Virus record (IMG/VR): IMGVR_UViG_3300021475_000001 | Location: 1 to 64,000 of that record | DNA from: a virus | DNA: 64,000 nucleotides | Direction: 5' to 3' (one strand) | Shown: one piece after another, positions 29,406-38,673 of the stretch | Layout of the letters: each line of letters begins with the position of its first letter | How positions within the stretch are numbered: position 1 is the first letter of the stretch | The notes under the pieces: model-generated | Seen by the model: the letters and a program-made list of their open reading frames with translations, nothing else | Databases searched by the model: none | What the model was told of the DNA's origin: nothing | Translations under genes and position numbers: made by a program

Positions 29406-31928
29406 TCATGTAAATTCTGCTGCTCTTGTTGGCCAACCTAATCTCTTGTCACTCGAAAAGGTTTCAATCTTTTCCATGTCGTACCAGTTTGGGCCGACTG
29501 ACAAATCGACTGTGAGTGGTACACAAATCCAGGGAAACTGTACGTTCAGCATCTCGTCTAGAATGGTGTCGATATGATCACACAGTTCATTTTCACTGGC
29601 GAACCAGAAGGTCAGATCGTCATGAATGTTCAGCTTAGGTTGTAGTTGTGGTATGTCTTTTTCTGACAGACGGTTCATCGCGTCCATGACGATATCCGCG
29701 GCTGAGCCTTGAATAGCGGAGTTGATGATCTGTCCTAAACCAAGTGGCGCTCGGCGGCGTCTGCCGTTCAGACACTCGGTGTAACCAAGGTCTTTAAACT
29801 GGTTGATCACGCGTTCGTGCCACTTCTTTACACCAGAGTACTCACGCCAGAACGCATCGTATTCAGGTGATAGTACCTCAGCGGGGATTTCCATATATCC
29901 TGCAACAGATTTCAGTACCGCAGTGAAGAAACAGGGAAACGTCCATTTGTTTTTGACACGATCACGAAACTTCTCCATGACCTTTTCGTCATCAAGATAT
30001 TCGCGTCCACCAATTGCTGAGGGATAGCGGTGTGCAATGCGTCTTGCCCAGTAACCGTGAACATCGAGTCCGTCCCAAGTCGCTTTAGAGTAGGCGGGGT
30101 CGCGTGAACTACAGCAAATTAACCGTGCTTCAATTTGACCATAATCAAGTGAAGCAAACAGTCCCTTACCTTTTGCGGCGATCTGACGGCGTAGTTCCTT
30201 GTCCTTGTCATCACGTTTTGGCCAATTTTGAAAGTCAGAGTTTAGCCTACCCGTGTCAGTGAAACAAGTTCCAAATGTTGGGTGGTACTTTTTGTCGGGG
30301 TAGGCGTTTTCTTCACGTAACCGTTCAACATAGGTAGACAACATCTTGGTGGCGTTACGCCATAATATTTGAAGCTGGCCAAACGGATGCTTTATTGTCT
30401 CTAATACTTTCTTGTCCGTAGAATTCACTTTGTGGCCTAGTATTTCCTTTAGAAAGAATAATACATCGGGTTCTGAGCCAAGATTAATATCGGCTCCCGT
30501 GCGCTTCTTGAACTCGTCTATTTCTGGTAAGGCAAAGATTTGTGACTCTATATACTGTATCTTTTCTTGGAGATTCGCACGTTGCCGATTCACTTCGTCA
30601 TAATCGACCGGCAGCCCTTCTAGTTGTGTCAGTACGCAGGTCGGGACTTGGCGCAATTTTTCTTCATAGACCGTACGTAGTCCCTGTTTCTCGATGAGTT
30701 CATCTTGTGCGGCAAAGGTGTAAAGATGATACTTGGCATCCATCGCATTATAGGGCAGCAACTTGGTAAGTGACTCACTCTTCATGTTGGTCTTGTTCAG
30801 TCCGGGGGTGAGCTTCTTGAGATTTAAACCAAAGTGTAGCTGTGTGAGAAATTCTAGTGACAGACAATCCTTGCGCTCGTCTAGCACGTAGGCTTGTGTC
30901 AATGAGTCTTCCCAGCCTGTGCGTAGTGTCTCACGACCAAAGAAATACGCACTCCACTCCATTTCGAAGTGTAGGGAGTGAACACATTTTTTGGTCTTTG
31001 ACAGAAGAAAGTGCTTCCAGCACTGATGCAAGATGTTGCGATCATTTTTTGACCAACCGGCGTGAGGATGATCTAGAGCAAAGGCTAGTGTTTCATCCCA
31101 GGTAGAGACAGCCACAGACAGGATCGCTGCATCCGCAGTGTAGGGGCGCAGTCCCTGTGTCTCGTAATCGACACCACAGTGACTCTCTTTGGCGGCACGA
31201 AGAAGAAAGTCTGTCACCTCTTTCAGATTGCTCTTGCCAGTGCCGGTGATGTAGTGATTGGTGCCTTCACGCGCAAAGGCTTCGGTGTGTATGTCTGGTA
31301 CAGGTAGTCCTTCTTTCACTTCCTGAAAAGCACGCTTCAGATCGATCTTGAATGCCAGTTCATAGTTGGATGGTCGCCCCTCGTTCTGACTTCTCAGGTG
31401 TAGCAGATAGGCTGGGTGGTGAAATGCATAAAACCAACAGCGATGCGAGCCGACTTGAATAGGGAAGCGTCTACCACGCCAGGCAAAGGTGTTGGAACGA
31501 TCAGCCCACGTTAATGACGCGCCACCCATACCAAATATGGCTTTTGGTTTGGTGACTTCGATATCATCGACCAGTCTAGGTCGGCAGCACTCGATTTCGA
31601 GTGATGTAGGATCACGATCATTCTCGGGGTGACAGTTTATGGTGTTGTTCCAACGAATATAATCAAGAAGTTCTTTGGGAATGTTCTCACGCAGTAACGC
31701 ACCGGGTGCCCCAATGAACTGTCTACCAAGTTCATCTTCCTGTTTACCAGGGGCTTCACCGAGAAAGTAAACAATGGGATTTCTTGCACCGGACCCGGGC
31801 ATCTTCGGACTCTTCAGATAGCGTTCCTCTCTGTCGAGAGTACACATCTGACAGCCTCTTTGGTGAAGTAATTCTGTCGGGGGTTTATTTCTGTCTAAAC
31901 GTTCGTTCGCCAGATTGAAAAACCCCAT
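29406..31928 (-). CDS. Family A DNA polymerase with N-terminal family-4 uracil-DNA glycosylase domain and 3'-5' exonuclease
   Basis: UDG: CxxC, 'GEAPG..ED..G..FIG','HPAYLL'. Exonuclease: 'DYETQGL','YNAMDA'. Polymerase: 'TGRLNS','DYGQIEARL','NSAIQGSAAD','IHDDL'. Confidence 0.92.
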   Translation of the reverse strand: MGFFNLANERLDRNKPPTELLHQRGCQMCTLDREERYLKSPKMPGSGARNPIVYFLGEAPGKQEDELGRQFIGAPGALLRENIPKELLDYIRWNNTINCHPENDRDPTSLEIECCRPRLVDDIEVTKPKAIFGMGGASLTWADRSNTFAWRGRRFPIQVGSHRCWFYAFHHPAYLLHLRSQNEGRPSNYELAFKIDLKRAFQEVKEGLPVPDIHTEAFAREGTNHYITGTGKSNLKEVTDFLLRAAKESHCGVDYETQGLRPYTADAAILSVAVSTWDETLAFALDHPHAGWSKNDRNILHQCWKHFLLSKTKKCVHSLHFEMEWSAYFFGRETLRTGWEDSLTQAYVLDERKDCLSLEFLTQLHFGLNLKKLTPGLNKTNMKSESLTKLLPYNAMDAKYHLYTFAAQDELIEKQGLRTVYEEKLRQVPTCVLTQLEGLPVDYDEVNRQRANLQEKIQYIESQIFALPEIDEFKKRTGADINLGSEPDVLFFLKEILGHKVNSTDKKVLETIKHPFGQLQILWRNATKMLSTYVERLREENAYPDKKYHPTFGTCFTDTGRLNSDFQNWPKRDDKDKELRRQIAAKGKGLFASLDYGQIEARLICCSSRDPAYSKATWDGLDVHGYWARRIAHRYPSAIGGREYLDDEKVMEKFRDRVKNKWTFPCFFTAVLKSVAGYMEIPAEVLSPEYDAFWREYSGVKKWHERVINQFKDLGYTECLNGRRRRAPLGLGQIINSAIQGSAADIVMDAMNRLSEKDIPQLQPKLNIHDDLTFWFASENELCDHIDTILDEMLNVQFPWICVPLTVDLSVGPNWYDMEKIETFSSDKRLGWPTRAAEFT

Positions 31929-31939
31929 GATCTGGTTCC

Positions 31940-32176
31940 CTATTTTTGGTAAGGGTTGTGACGATTACTACCGGATTCGGAACATTCAAGATTAAACGGT
32001 TCATGAAAATGGATGTGAAAATGATCACAGTCACTATTGGGATAACCACATTCACATACTTTTAGATCACAAGTAAAATCAACTTTACTCTCACCAAGCA
32101 TGTCCTCGCGTGGGTCGGAGCGACCACAGTCAAGACACCATGCACCCGGCCAGCCTGACCAACGACACTCAGCCAT
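31940..32176 (-). CDS. Small Cys-rich hypothetical protein
   Basis: 'CRWSGWPGAWCLDCG'; tight spacing with neighbours. Confidence 0.55.
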   Translation of the reverse strand: MAECRWSGWPGAWCLDCGRSDPREDMLGESKVDFTCDLKVCECGYPNSDCDHFHIHFHEPFNLECSESGSNRHNPYQK

Positions 32177-32183
32177 CGTAACC

Positions 32184-33224
32184 TTAGCGTTGTGTGGCAG
32201 CGATCAAGTGAATAAATCCGGCTGGTCCTTTGAGACAGAGACTGCCTCTGTCGATACGAAGACTGGTTCTACCCGATAAAGCGCGATGAATAAGTTCGGG
32301 ATCAAAGAATTCGATTACGTTGGGGTGATTAAAGGTCATGGCTTCTTCAAAGTGAGTGGTGTTTTTAATGTTGGAAATAATGTACAAAATGTTGTTCTCA
32401 ACAGCAAATTCGGTGGCGTTATTTGGGATCAGCATAACACGATCCAATGCCCCGCTCAACACCTCTGGTACGGCAGTGTCGTTTTGGTGTTGTTGCTGGT
32501 ATGGTGACAGAGTGACAGAAAAGTCGGGCATCATGGGGCAGTCGATTAGATTGCCAATGATCATTACACCCTGATTGTTGACGGCGACGATGGCGTGTTG
32601 ATGCACAAACAGAGCGTCACGTCCACCTTCTGGCAGTATCTTTAAAACCTGTTCGATAAATCCAGTTGGAACAACGATGTGCTGTGTCAGAGTGTAGTTC
32701 TTTGGTAGTGTCACTCGCAGCCAGGAAAGTGAGTTGTCATCGGTCGCGTAGATGTCGAGATGGTCACCAACTGGTGCCAGAAACGCGCCCATGCGCGCCG
32801 GTGTTGCCGACTTCGGGTCAAGTGACACCAGAATATTTTTAAGACCAGTGATCAGAGCTTCATCCAGTTCGACACCTTCGCCATCGATCAAATCGACACT
32901 GGGTGTCAGTATCTGTTTCTGAGCTTCCAACATAGCAAAGGTGGCGTGTGAGTCACCAACCTTGATGATCAGTTCCTTACCTTTTGTGGTCAGTTCCGCA
33001 GTGTCACCTACCGTCTTTTCCAGCCATGCCTGTAGTGTCGCGGGAACACCACCTTTTATTTCAGAGTCAAAGGGATAGACAATTCCAAGACGACCATTAT
33101 AAGCCGAAATGAAATCACCGTCCAGCCAGAAATGCGATAGTTCCACTGCCCGATTGGTGGCAGTAGCTAGTGCTGGTTTACAGGTGTCCAATGCGGAGAG
33201 TAGAAGCGTGCGATTGATGTTCAT
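32184..33224 (-). CDS. dnaN: DNA polymerase III beta-type sliding clamp
   Basis: 346 aa; 'MNINR..LL.AL', 'YATD..SL','G.LI....PDF','L.GALDRV'; adjacent to polymerase and DnaX-like loader. Confidence 0.7.
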   Translation of the reverse strand: MNINRTLLLSALDTCKPALATATNRAVELSHFWLDGDFISAYNGRLGIVYPFDSEIKGGVPATLQAWLEKTVGDTAELTTKGKELIIKVGDSHATFAMLEAQKQILTPSVDLIDGEGVELDEALITGLKNILVSLDPKSATPARMGAFLAPVGDHLDIYATDDNSLSWLRVTLPKNYTLTQHIVVPTGFIEQVLKILPEGGRDALFVHQHAIVAVNNQGVMIIGNLIDCPMMPDFSVTLSPYQQQHQNDTAVPEVLSGALDRVMLIPNNATEFAVENNILYIISNIKNTTHFEEAMTFNHPNVIEFFDPELIHRALSGRTSLRIDRGSLCLKGPAGFIHLIAATQR

Positions 33225-33288
33225 ACTTTACTATACGCGCGGGTGATTCTGGTGCGTTTACAGTGTAGTGAAGACAGTCTAGACACAA

Positions 33289-33317
33289 AGAGAGGGGGAA
33301 GATGCTTCCCCCTCTCT
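33289..33317 (-). terminator. Intrinsic terminator after 33340-33978
   Basis: 13-bp stem AGAGAGGGGGAAG/CTTCCCCCTCTCT followed by a short T run on the minus strand. Confidence 0.7.
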
Positions 33318-33339
33318 AGCAACGCTCAGAACGCGCGAG

Positions 33340-33978
33340 TTAAGACGCTGCGTGTTCCTTGATCAGTCGACTCGCTGTTGCGAATGCCTGTTGCGCGTAG
33401 CGCACCGCGGCAATGGAATATTCCTTGCCATACTTGGTCTGAAGCGTAGTCACCAAATCCATCGCCTTCATATCACCAGGATTGGCACTGACAACCAGTT
33501 CCTTCATGGTACGGGTCAGACAGTCATTCCCACTGGTACGACCGCGACCACGCACTTTCGGCTCTTCGGCATCATTCAGACTGGCACGTCCGCGACGCTT
33601 AGTTTCCTTTGTCTTCTTCTGGTCCAAACCGGGAAGAAGAGGAAGTGCCTTCTTGCGCTTTTTGGTGATGTTTGCCTTGTGAGTGATGGTGGCGTCATAC
33701 ACCCAATCCTGCACGTCCTTGTCCAAGGTTTCGTAACGATCATCAGTCCAGACTTCCATATTAGAAAAAGCCTGGATTACACGAACCTTGAATTCATCAA
33801 CGGACTCGTCTTCAGCGCGGATGGTGTCAAGTGCTTCACAAATATGTTCGTAGAGTGAAGACGCCTCTTGCTCATCAGCTTCAGTTTCGCCGTTCTCTTC
33901 CTCGGATTCTTGATCTTCTGGCTCTTGCACTGCGGGCTTCGGCTCGGGTGGAACAGTTGTTACATGCGGATCGGACAT
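33340..33978 (-). CDS. Hypothetical protein with acidic N-terminus and basic C-terminal half (possible DNA-binding)
   Basis: Strong RBS AAGGAAG; own terminator. Confidence 0.6.
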   Translation of the reverse strand: MSDPHVTTVPPEPKPAVQEPEDQESEEENGETEADEQEASSLYEHICEALDTIRAEDESVDEFKVRVIQAFSNMEVWTDDRYETLDKDVQDWVYDATITHKANITKKRKKALPLLPGLDQKKTKETKRRGRASLNDAEEPKVRGRGRTSGNDCLTRTMKELVVSANPGDMKAMDLVTTLQTKYGKEYSIAAVRYAQQAFATASRLIKEHAAS

Positions 33979-34060
33979 AATTCTTCCTTTAAAGATTAAC
34001 CACGTGTCGCAGATTTGCGATCACGCTATTTTTGAAATATAGCCTAATTGACCATTACAA

Positions 34061-34642
34061 TCAACCGGGAAACAGCAGTTTTTCGAGTTCATTTTCGAAA
34101 TCTCTATTTTCGGGCCAACCGGCAAGACGTTTCAAACGTTTAGCGGGTGTCTCACTGTCACTCAATGTCTCACGGAGCGGTAGGCGCATTTTGCGCAAGG
34201 TGTCAACTGATAGAAACAGTCGCAGAACGGCTTTGATCGGTTCCGGTAGTTCATTGAGTGTACAAGCAAACTCCTGTTCGGGCAGTTCGTATAAGGTATC
34301 GAGAATGTTATCAATCTCTTCGCCGGTTTTTACATCCTCCAGTTCCGCAATATATAATTCGTTGTTGTAATTGGTTTTTCGCTGCAAGCTTACGAGGTGA
34401 TTGGTGAAGGAAGTTTTCACCAATGCAGTAAAGTGTGGTGGGTCAATTTCGTATCCGTAGCGAGCGCGACATTTTAGGGCGATCATCAAACCATCTTGTA
34501 CCAAATCTTCAAAATCGTACCACTTATTGACACGGTATACGTAGCGTCTGGAGGTGTTGTATATCCACCCGATGACAGAATCGTTCAACTCTGGTACATT
34601 GATCTTCACCGACTTACTGCGTTGGGTCTGTGCCATAGTCAC
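34061..34642 (-). CDS. Phage sigma70-family (region 2-containing) RNA polymerase sigma factor
   Basis: 'DFEDLVQDG....LKC..RY','F.....SF.N.L..L.RK'; C-terminal 'LNELPE..KAVL.L'. Confidence 0.65.
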   Translation of the reverse strand: MTMAQTQRSKSVKINVPELNDSVIGWIYNTSRRYVYRVNKWYDFEDLVQDGLMIALKCRARYGYEIDPPHFTALVKTSFTNHLVSLQRKTNYNNELYIAELEDVKTGEEIDNILDTLYELPEQEFACTLNELPEPIKAVLRLFLSVDTLRKMRLPLRETLSDSETPAKRLKRLAGWPENRDFENELEKLLFPG

Positions 34643-34650
34643 TCACCTAA

Positions 34651-34740
34651 TTACAAGCCGATCCCAAACATGTGCAGCAACACAATGAGCAGCCCCAAGG
34701 ACTGCCACCCAGCATGGAACCCCCGATGAAAATCACTCAT
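34651..34740 (-). CDS. 29-aa membrane peptide (not in the ORF track)
   Basis: MSDFHRGFHAGWQSLGLLIVLLHMFGIGL; RBS GAGGTG upstream. Confidence 0.45.
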   Translation of the reverse strand: MSDFHRGFHAGWQSLGLLIVLLHMFGIGL

Positions 34741-34775
34741 CAGTTTCACCTCATGTTGGCCGGATCAGATGCCCC

Positions 34776-34970
34776 CTACACTTCCAATGGATCATCACCA
34801 GATTTTCTGTAGGCTGACATAAAGGCACGATACTGTTCGGAATTTAAGTTGAAGTGTTGTGCGATGGTGTCTCTTATATTGTGTGGACTTTGTTCCAAGG
34901 TGTAGGCCAGTTGCCCCAGCATTTTTAACTGATCGCTGAGTGTCGCTTTTGGCTTAAGTTTATCCGGCAT
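34776..34970 (-). CDS. Hypothetical protein
   Basis: RBS GGGGG; operon packing. Confidence 0.5.
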   Translation of the reverse strand: MPDKLKPKATLSDQLKMLGQLAYTLEQSPHNIRDTIAQHFNLNSEQYRAFMSAYRKSGDDPLEV

Positions 34971-34985
34971 CGTTTCCCCCGTGAC

Positions 34986-35228
34986 TTAGTTATATCCAGC
35001 TAAGTGACCAATCCAGTACCAGATAGCTCCGAGAATGAGTGAACCTACGATGGCTGAGAAAAAACAGTTCAGATAAGTCCAAGCGGTGCGTGGTTTGGAT
35101 TGCCCCATGAACATAGCCGTGCCAAACACCAACCCGACAAAGATCATACTACCAATCATTTTACCAAGATCATCCATTAAATTCACCGGAATAAAAGTGC
35201 TGGGGATTTTTATGGAAGACTTACGCAT
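34986..35228 (-). CDS. Two-TM membrane protein
   Basis: Two hydrophobic segments; start uncertain. Confidence 0.5.
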   Translation of the reverse strand: MRKSSIKIPSTFIPVNLMDDLGKMIGSMIFVGLVFGTAMFMGQSKPRTAWTYLNCFFSAIVGSLILGAIWYWIGHLAGYN

Positions 35229-35372
35229 ACCTCCCCAGCAGAGTACACTTCTAGGAGGGGGAAATAGTACCCCAACGGGCGCGACCACTAGCCCATGCCG
35301 ACGCTGCAAGTCTAGGTCCCCATTAGACGAGTCATCGACAACAGACCCATGATACTCGTCAGGTCAGAGAAA

Positions 35373-36404
35373 TCAACAACCAAATATTTGCGTAAATGAC
35401 GAAGTGTTCAGTTCTCCTGGGTCTTTTACAGTATCAGGAAGAACAAGTGTCTTAAATCCAAGTCCTTCAAGTGGTCCAATTAAGCCGTGAAAGTTGCATT
35501 CATAACGGATAGCAGCTTCAGCGTCAAGTAATATCAACTTGTTCTTGAATTGATTAAGCGATGTAAGTAAATCTAGTTGGATGTCCGAAATTGTACTGCC
35601 GTATACGCAGGTCGCGTAAATACCGTGAGGATTTCCAAGATAGTTTAATTTGAGTGAATCAAACGGGCCTTCATTGACCACCAGTGTCCCACCGTCTACT
35701 TGGCGCAACCAGTCATACCACAGCACAGTGTCCTTTAGTGACAGACGTGCTGGTAGTATTGGATTCTCAACGGAGAGAGAATTGTAGCGTAGTCGTGATT
35801 GACCAATGTGACGTCCGGTCCAGCTTACCAATTGGTGTTCCATGGTAATCAGAAAGATCAGACGATTGTCGTAAGCCCCGTCCAGAAAATTACTGACACA
35901 GTAGCGTAGATTGAAGTTCTTCACCAGATATGGAATATCGTCAAAGTCAAATCCTCGTTTCTCCAAATACGACACGAACATTCGACCCTTACCAATATTC
36001 TCGATAGGTCGAAATTCTTCTGGCACTCTAAGTGGGGGTCGCACTATTGGTTTGGATATAAGTGGTGGCGGCTGCCAAGGATATGGTTTGTGTTTAAGTA
36101 TTACAGTTAAATTACCAAGAACGTCATCTGGTATACTGTCACCACTTTTAACGATTGACTCGGCGTCGAGAAACGAGCAGCCGAGTAGTGCTTGTATTAG
36201 ACGATGTGGCGTTTTGCCTCTGTGTCCATCAGGCTGCTTCCAGCAATACCAACCACGATCAAGTAACGATATCGACATGTTATATCCGGAGTCTGCGTTC
36301 CCACAGAATGGACACTGACAGCCGATATCGTCACGTCCGACCTTACCCGTGGTGATATACGGAATGTTGTGTTGTGTCAGAAAGTTTGGCCAGTCAAAGG
36401 TCAC
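35373..36404 (-). CDS. dnaG: DNA primase (zinc finger + TOPRIM)
   Basis: 'CPFCG..WYCWK','YLEKRG','RLIF.I..LVSWTGR','VVNEGPFD','LLDAEA','KDPGEL'. Confidence 0.88.
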   Translation of the reverse strand: MTFDWPNFLTQHNIPYITTGKVGRDDIGCQCPFCGNADSGYNMSISLLDRGWYCWKQPDGHRGKTPHRLIQALLGCSFLDAESIVKSGDSIPDDVLGNLTVILKHKPYPWQPPPLISKPIVRPPLRVPEEFRPIENIGKGRMFVSYLEKRGFDFDDIPYLVKNFNLRYCVSNFLDGAYDNRLIFLITMEHQLVSWTGRHIGQSRLRYNSLSVENPILPARLSLKDTVLWYDWLRQVDGGTLVVNEGPFDSLKLNYLGNPHGIYATCVYGSTISDIQLDLLTSLNQFKNKLILLDAEAAIRYECNFHGLIGPLEGLGFKTLVLPDTVKDPGELNTSSFTQIFGC

Positions 36405-36600
36405 TCACATCCCCCGACAAGTGTAACCACGCGTCCTCATCATTCACCAGTATCATACTGCCATCAAATTTGAGCTTTCTGTAGACTGACACACCGCACT
36501 CGGGGCAGTGAGTTGGTAATCTTGGATTCACCCAACACAACATCTGTCCGCAACACGGCATGTGTATCAGACGAAAGTGTACACGTTGTTTAGACTTCAT
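36394..36600 (-). CDS. Small zinc-ribbon protein
   Basis: 'MPCCG..LCWVNPRLP.HCPECG'. Confidence 0.6.
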   Translation of the reverse strand: MKSKQRVHFRLIHMPCCGQMLCWVNPRLPTHCPECGVSVYRKLKFDGSMILVNDEDAWLHLSGDVSDL

Positions 36601-36872
36601 GGTGCATTTTCGATTTCGATATCAATGCCACTAAGTGGACGATTTGGTTGACCATCGGGACGATAAGTCTGCATACGACTGACTGTCTGTCGCTGACGCA
36701 TGACATCAGCAATAGAGGGAAAACGTTTAGCCTTGGCTGGGTCATCGGTCGAAGTCAGTGCCAATGTACCAAAGGTGACGTGGGGGTTCCATTCAACCAC
36801 CCATCGTCCGTCATGTGGTGTAACTATACCACTTGAAGCACCAATGACCTTGACAATGACACTCATGTTCAT
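36597..36872 (-). CDS. Hypothetical protein (paralogue of 50053-50343)
   Basis: Shared 'P..AK.F' and 'DG.PNRPL' motifs. Confidence 0.6.
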   Translation of the reverse strand: MNMSVIVKVIGASSGIVTPHDGRWVVEWNPHVTFGTLALTSTDDPAKAKRFPSIADVMRQRQTVSRMQTYRPDGQPNRPLSGIDIEIENAP

Positions 36873-37351
36873 ATTCTCCGTTGACGATGCCCTGGCTTCT
36901 TAGCATGGTCATTTTCAATGACATCTCGTTCCTGCATTCCGAAAGGCAGACGGTAAGTTGGGTCAGTAAAACACCACAAATGATATTTGTTGGAAGTGTC
37001 TACCAGACGTGACTCAGCCGGGTAAAGTTCGACTGCCTCACACTCTTCACCAACTAACTCATTCTTGATCCACTGAAAGTGACGCCAATCTCGGAATATT
37101 GGTTTGCCGTCACGTCGCCGAATGTTGAGTTGCACCATTGGCACGGGAGTGCCGTCTTTTGTCTTAATCTGACGTTTGGCGACCTGATAAAGATCGTTGA
37201 TGAAGTACTCCACGCCCCAAACTTCCTCTTCTAACTGACGTTTGGTGTCGTCGAAGTCAAGCTTTGTGTACTGCATCGCTTCGAGTACCGTCTCGCGAGT
37301 TAGTGTTTTCACCAGATTGGCTGGTATAAGTTTCTTCCACTTAGTGTTCAT
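36869..37351 (-). CDS. Conserved phage hypothetical protein
   Basis: 'L.IRRRDG.P..DWR.FQ.IKNELVG.E.EAVELYPAESRLVD..N.YHLW' is a recurrent phage family motif. Confidence 0.7.
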   Translation of the reverse strand: MNTKWKKLIPANLVKTLTRETVLEAMQYTKLDFDDTKRQLEEEVWGVEYFINDLYQVAKRQIKTKDGTPVPMVQLNIRRRDGKPIFRDWRHFQWIKNELVGEECEAVELYPAESRLVDTSNKYHLWCFTDPTYRLPFGMQERDVIENDHAKKPGHRQRRI

Positions 37352-37554
37352 AGCTGTCTTTCTAGTTTTGGTTTGAAGTGAAGCACACCAGGTGCCATTA
37401 GTCCATTATTCCGACATACTGGACAAAATGCGCCATGCGGATACGGGTTATCTTCAGATGGTACTGGATGGTCAAACCAAGCGTAGCAGACGCCACACTT
37501 GGCTTCCCATAAGAATACCTCTTCTGAATGATCTTCTAGTTGGTTGTCATGCAT
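37348..37554 (-). CDS. Small CxxC..CxxC protein
   Basis: RBS GGAGG; 'KCGVC...FCPVC'. Confidence 0.5.
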   Translation of the reverse strand: MHDNQLEDHSEEVFLWEAKCGVCYAWFDHPVPSEDNPYPHGAFCPVCRNNGLMAPGVLHFKPKLERQL

Positions 37555-37555
37555 A

Positions 37556-37948
37556 CTACCTCCAAATTCCGGCAGCGGCTGCGTTACGTGGCTTGTAGCC
37601 AAGTTCCCAGTGCCAGTACTCTGGCGGACACAACCGCTTTAGTTGTTGCATAAAGCTCGGACCGTGAGGTTTGGAACGATCACGCGTACCAGCGTCATCA
37701 TCGGCAATGTGTGCCAATTCGTGCGCCAGATAGTACAGCGTGTAGCCGTCACCTTTGGGCCGATTTATCGCGTGAAATGGAATGGTGATCATCCGCTTCT
37801 TAAAGTACGCACGTCCACAACGCTGGTTCACTGCATAAACAGCGACGTTTCTCGGTACGTTTGTCACCAGCAGCGGCAGCATGGCATACATCTCGCGCAT
37901 TTGCTTGGTCATATGCCAATTGATGCGCGCGGGGCGACGTGTAGTCAC
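37556..37948 (-). CDS. SprT/zincin-like HExxH metallopeptidase-domain protein
   Basis: 'YYLAHELAH....PHGPSF'. Confidence 0.7.
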   Translation of the reverse strand: MTTRRPARINWHMTKQMREMYAMLPLLVTNVPRNVAVYAVNQRCGRAYFKKRMITIPFHAINRPKGDGYTLYYLAHELAHIADDDAGTRDRSKPHGPSFMQQLKRLCPPEYWHWELGYKPRNAAAAGIWR

Positions 37949-38154
37949 GTGCGTCCTCCCTCACGTAAGCATTGCTGACGCAAGCGGTCCACCTCGCTTT
38001 GGAGGTAGCACTTGCCAATGGTGTTGTAAGAACACTTACGCTCCGCTTCGTGATACATCTTGCAGGAATACGGCTCTTCCTTTTCCTGCATGGATGATAG
38101 CAGCAGTGACGCACCGATAAGCGGTGGAGCCAGTGAAATTAATGTCTTGATCAC
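37945..38154 (-). CDS. Small exported Cys-rich protein
   Basis: Hydrophobic N-terminus and four Cys. Confidence 0.45.
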   Translation of the reverse strand: MIKTLISLAPPLIGASLLLSSMQEKEEPYSCKMYHEAERKCSYNTIGKCYLQSEVDRLRQQCLREGGRT

Positions 38155-38402
38155 TGGACTTCCTCCGTCTTCTTACCCTGATTGCGCAGGATGCGCTCCA
38201 AGTCAGAGTGAACGGCAGCGGAGGCAGCAAGAACCATCTTGCTCGCTTTCTCGGCTTCCATCTTAGACACCTTCGATCCCGCGAGAAATGCCTTGATGGC
38301 AGCTACGCAGTCTTCCTGCATCGCCTGTTCGCGTTCTACCTGGGTGTCCAAACCGCGCGAGGTGTAAGATGCCTTACCTCTGGTGAGTGTGAGCTTTTTC
38401 AT
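38151..38402 (-). CDS. Hypothetical protein
   Basis: RBS GGAG; coupled to the downstream ORF. Confidence 0.5.
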   Translation of the reverse strand: MKKLTLTRGKASYTSRGLDTQVEREQAMQEDCVAAIKAFLAGSKVSKMEAEKASKMVLAASAAVHSDLERILRNQGKKTEEVQ

Positions 38403-38408
38403 CGCGTG

Positions 38409-38579
38409 TTACTCCGCACTTGTGGTTTTCTTGCCGAGATACTCGGCGCGAATTCCATAACCATCTCTGTCGTAGAGATTGTTATAAGCTTTCACGGCAT
38501 CCTTGGCATTGCGCGCAAGACGATAGCCTTCGATAAAGCCCTTGCCAGTCTCGGGATTCCAAAACTTTACGCGATACAT
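38409..38579 (-). CDS. Early hypothetical protein
   Basis: RBS AAGGA; directly downstream of the promoter at 38609-38637. Confidence 0.55.
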   Translation of the reverse strand: MYRVKFWNPETGKGFIEGYRLARNAKDAVKAYNNLYDRDGYGIRAEYLGKKTTSAE

Positions 38580-38608
38580 CGGGATATTCCTTCGTTTCGA
38601 ACATCTAT

Positions 38609-38637
38609 AATATGGGGTCATTGACAGCATATTTCAA
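38609..38637 (-). promoter_or_regulatory. sigma70-type early promoter with GTCATTGAC palindrome in the spacer
   Basis: TTGAAA-17-CATATT on the minus strand; palindrome at 38617-38625. Confidence 0.6.
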
Positions 38638-38673
38638 GGATTTTTCTGGTTTCCAGAATCTTTTATAGTTAAA

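Noticed and set aside
29406-31928. DpoZ / 2-aminoadenine or other modified-base system
   Set aside because: No PurZ, DatZ or other base-modification genes are recognisable in the window; the motif B variant alone is insufficient.
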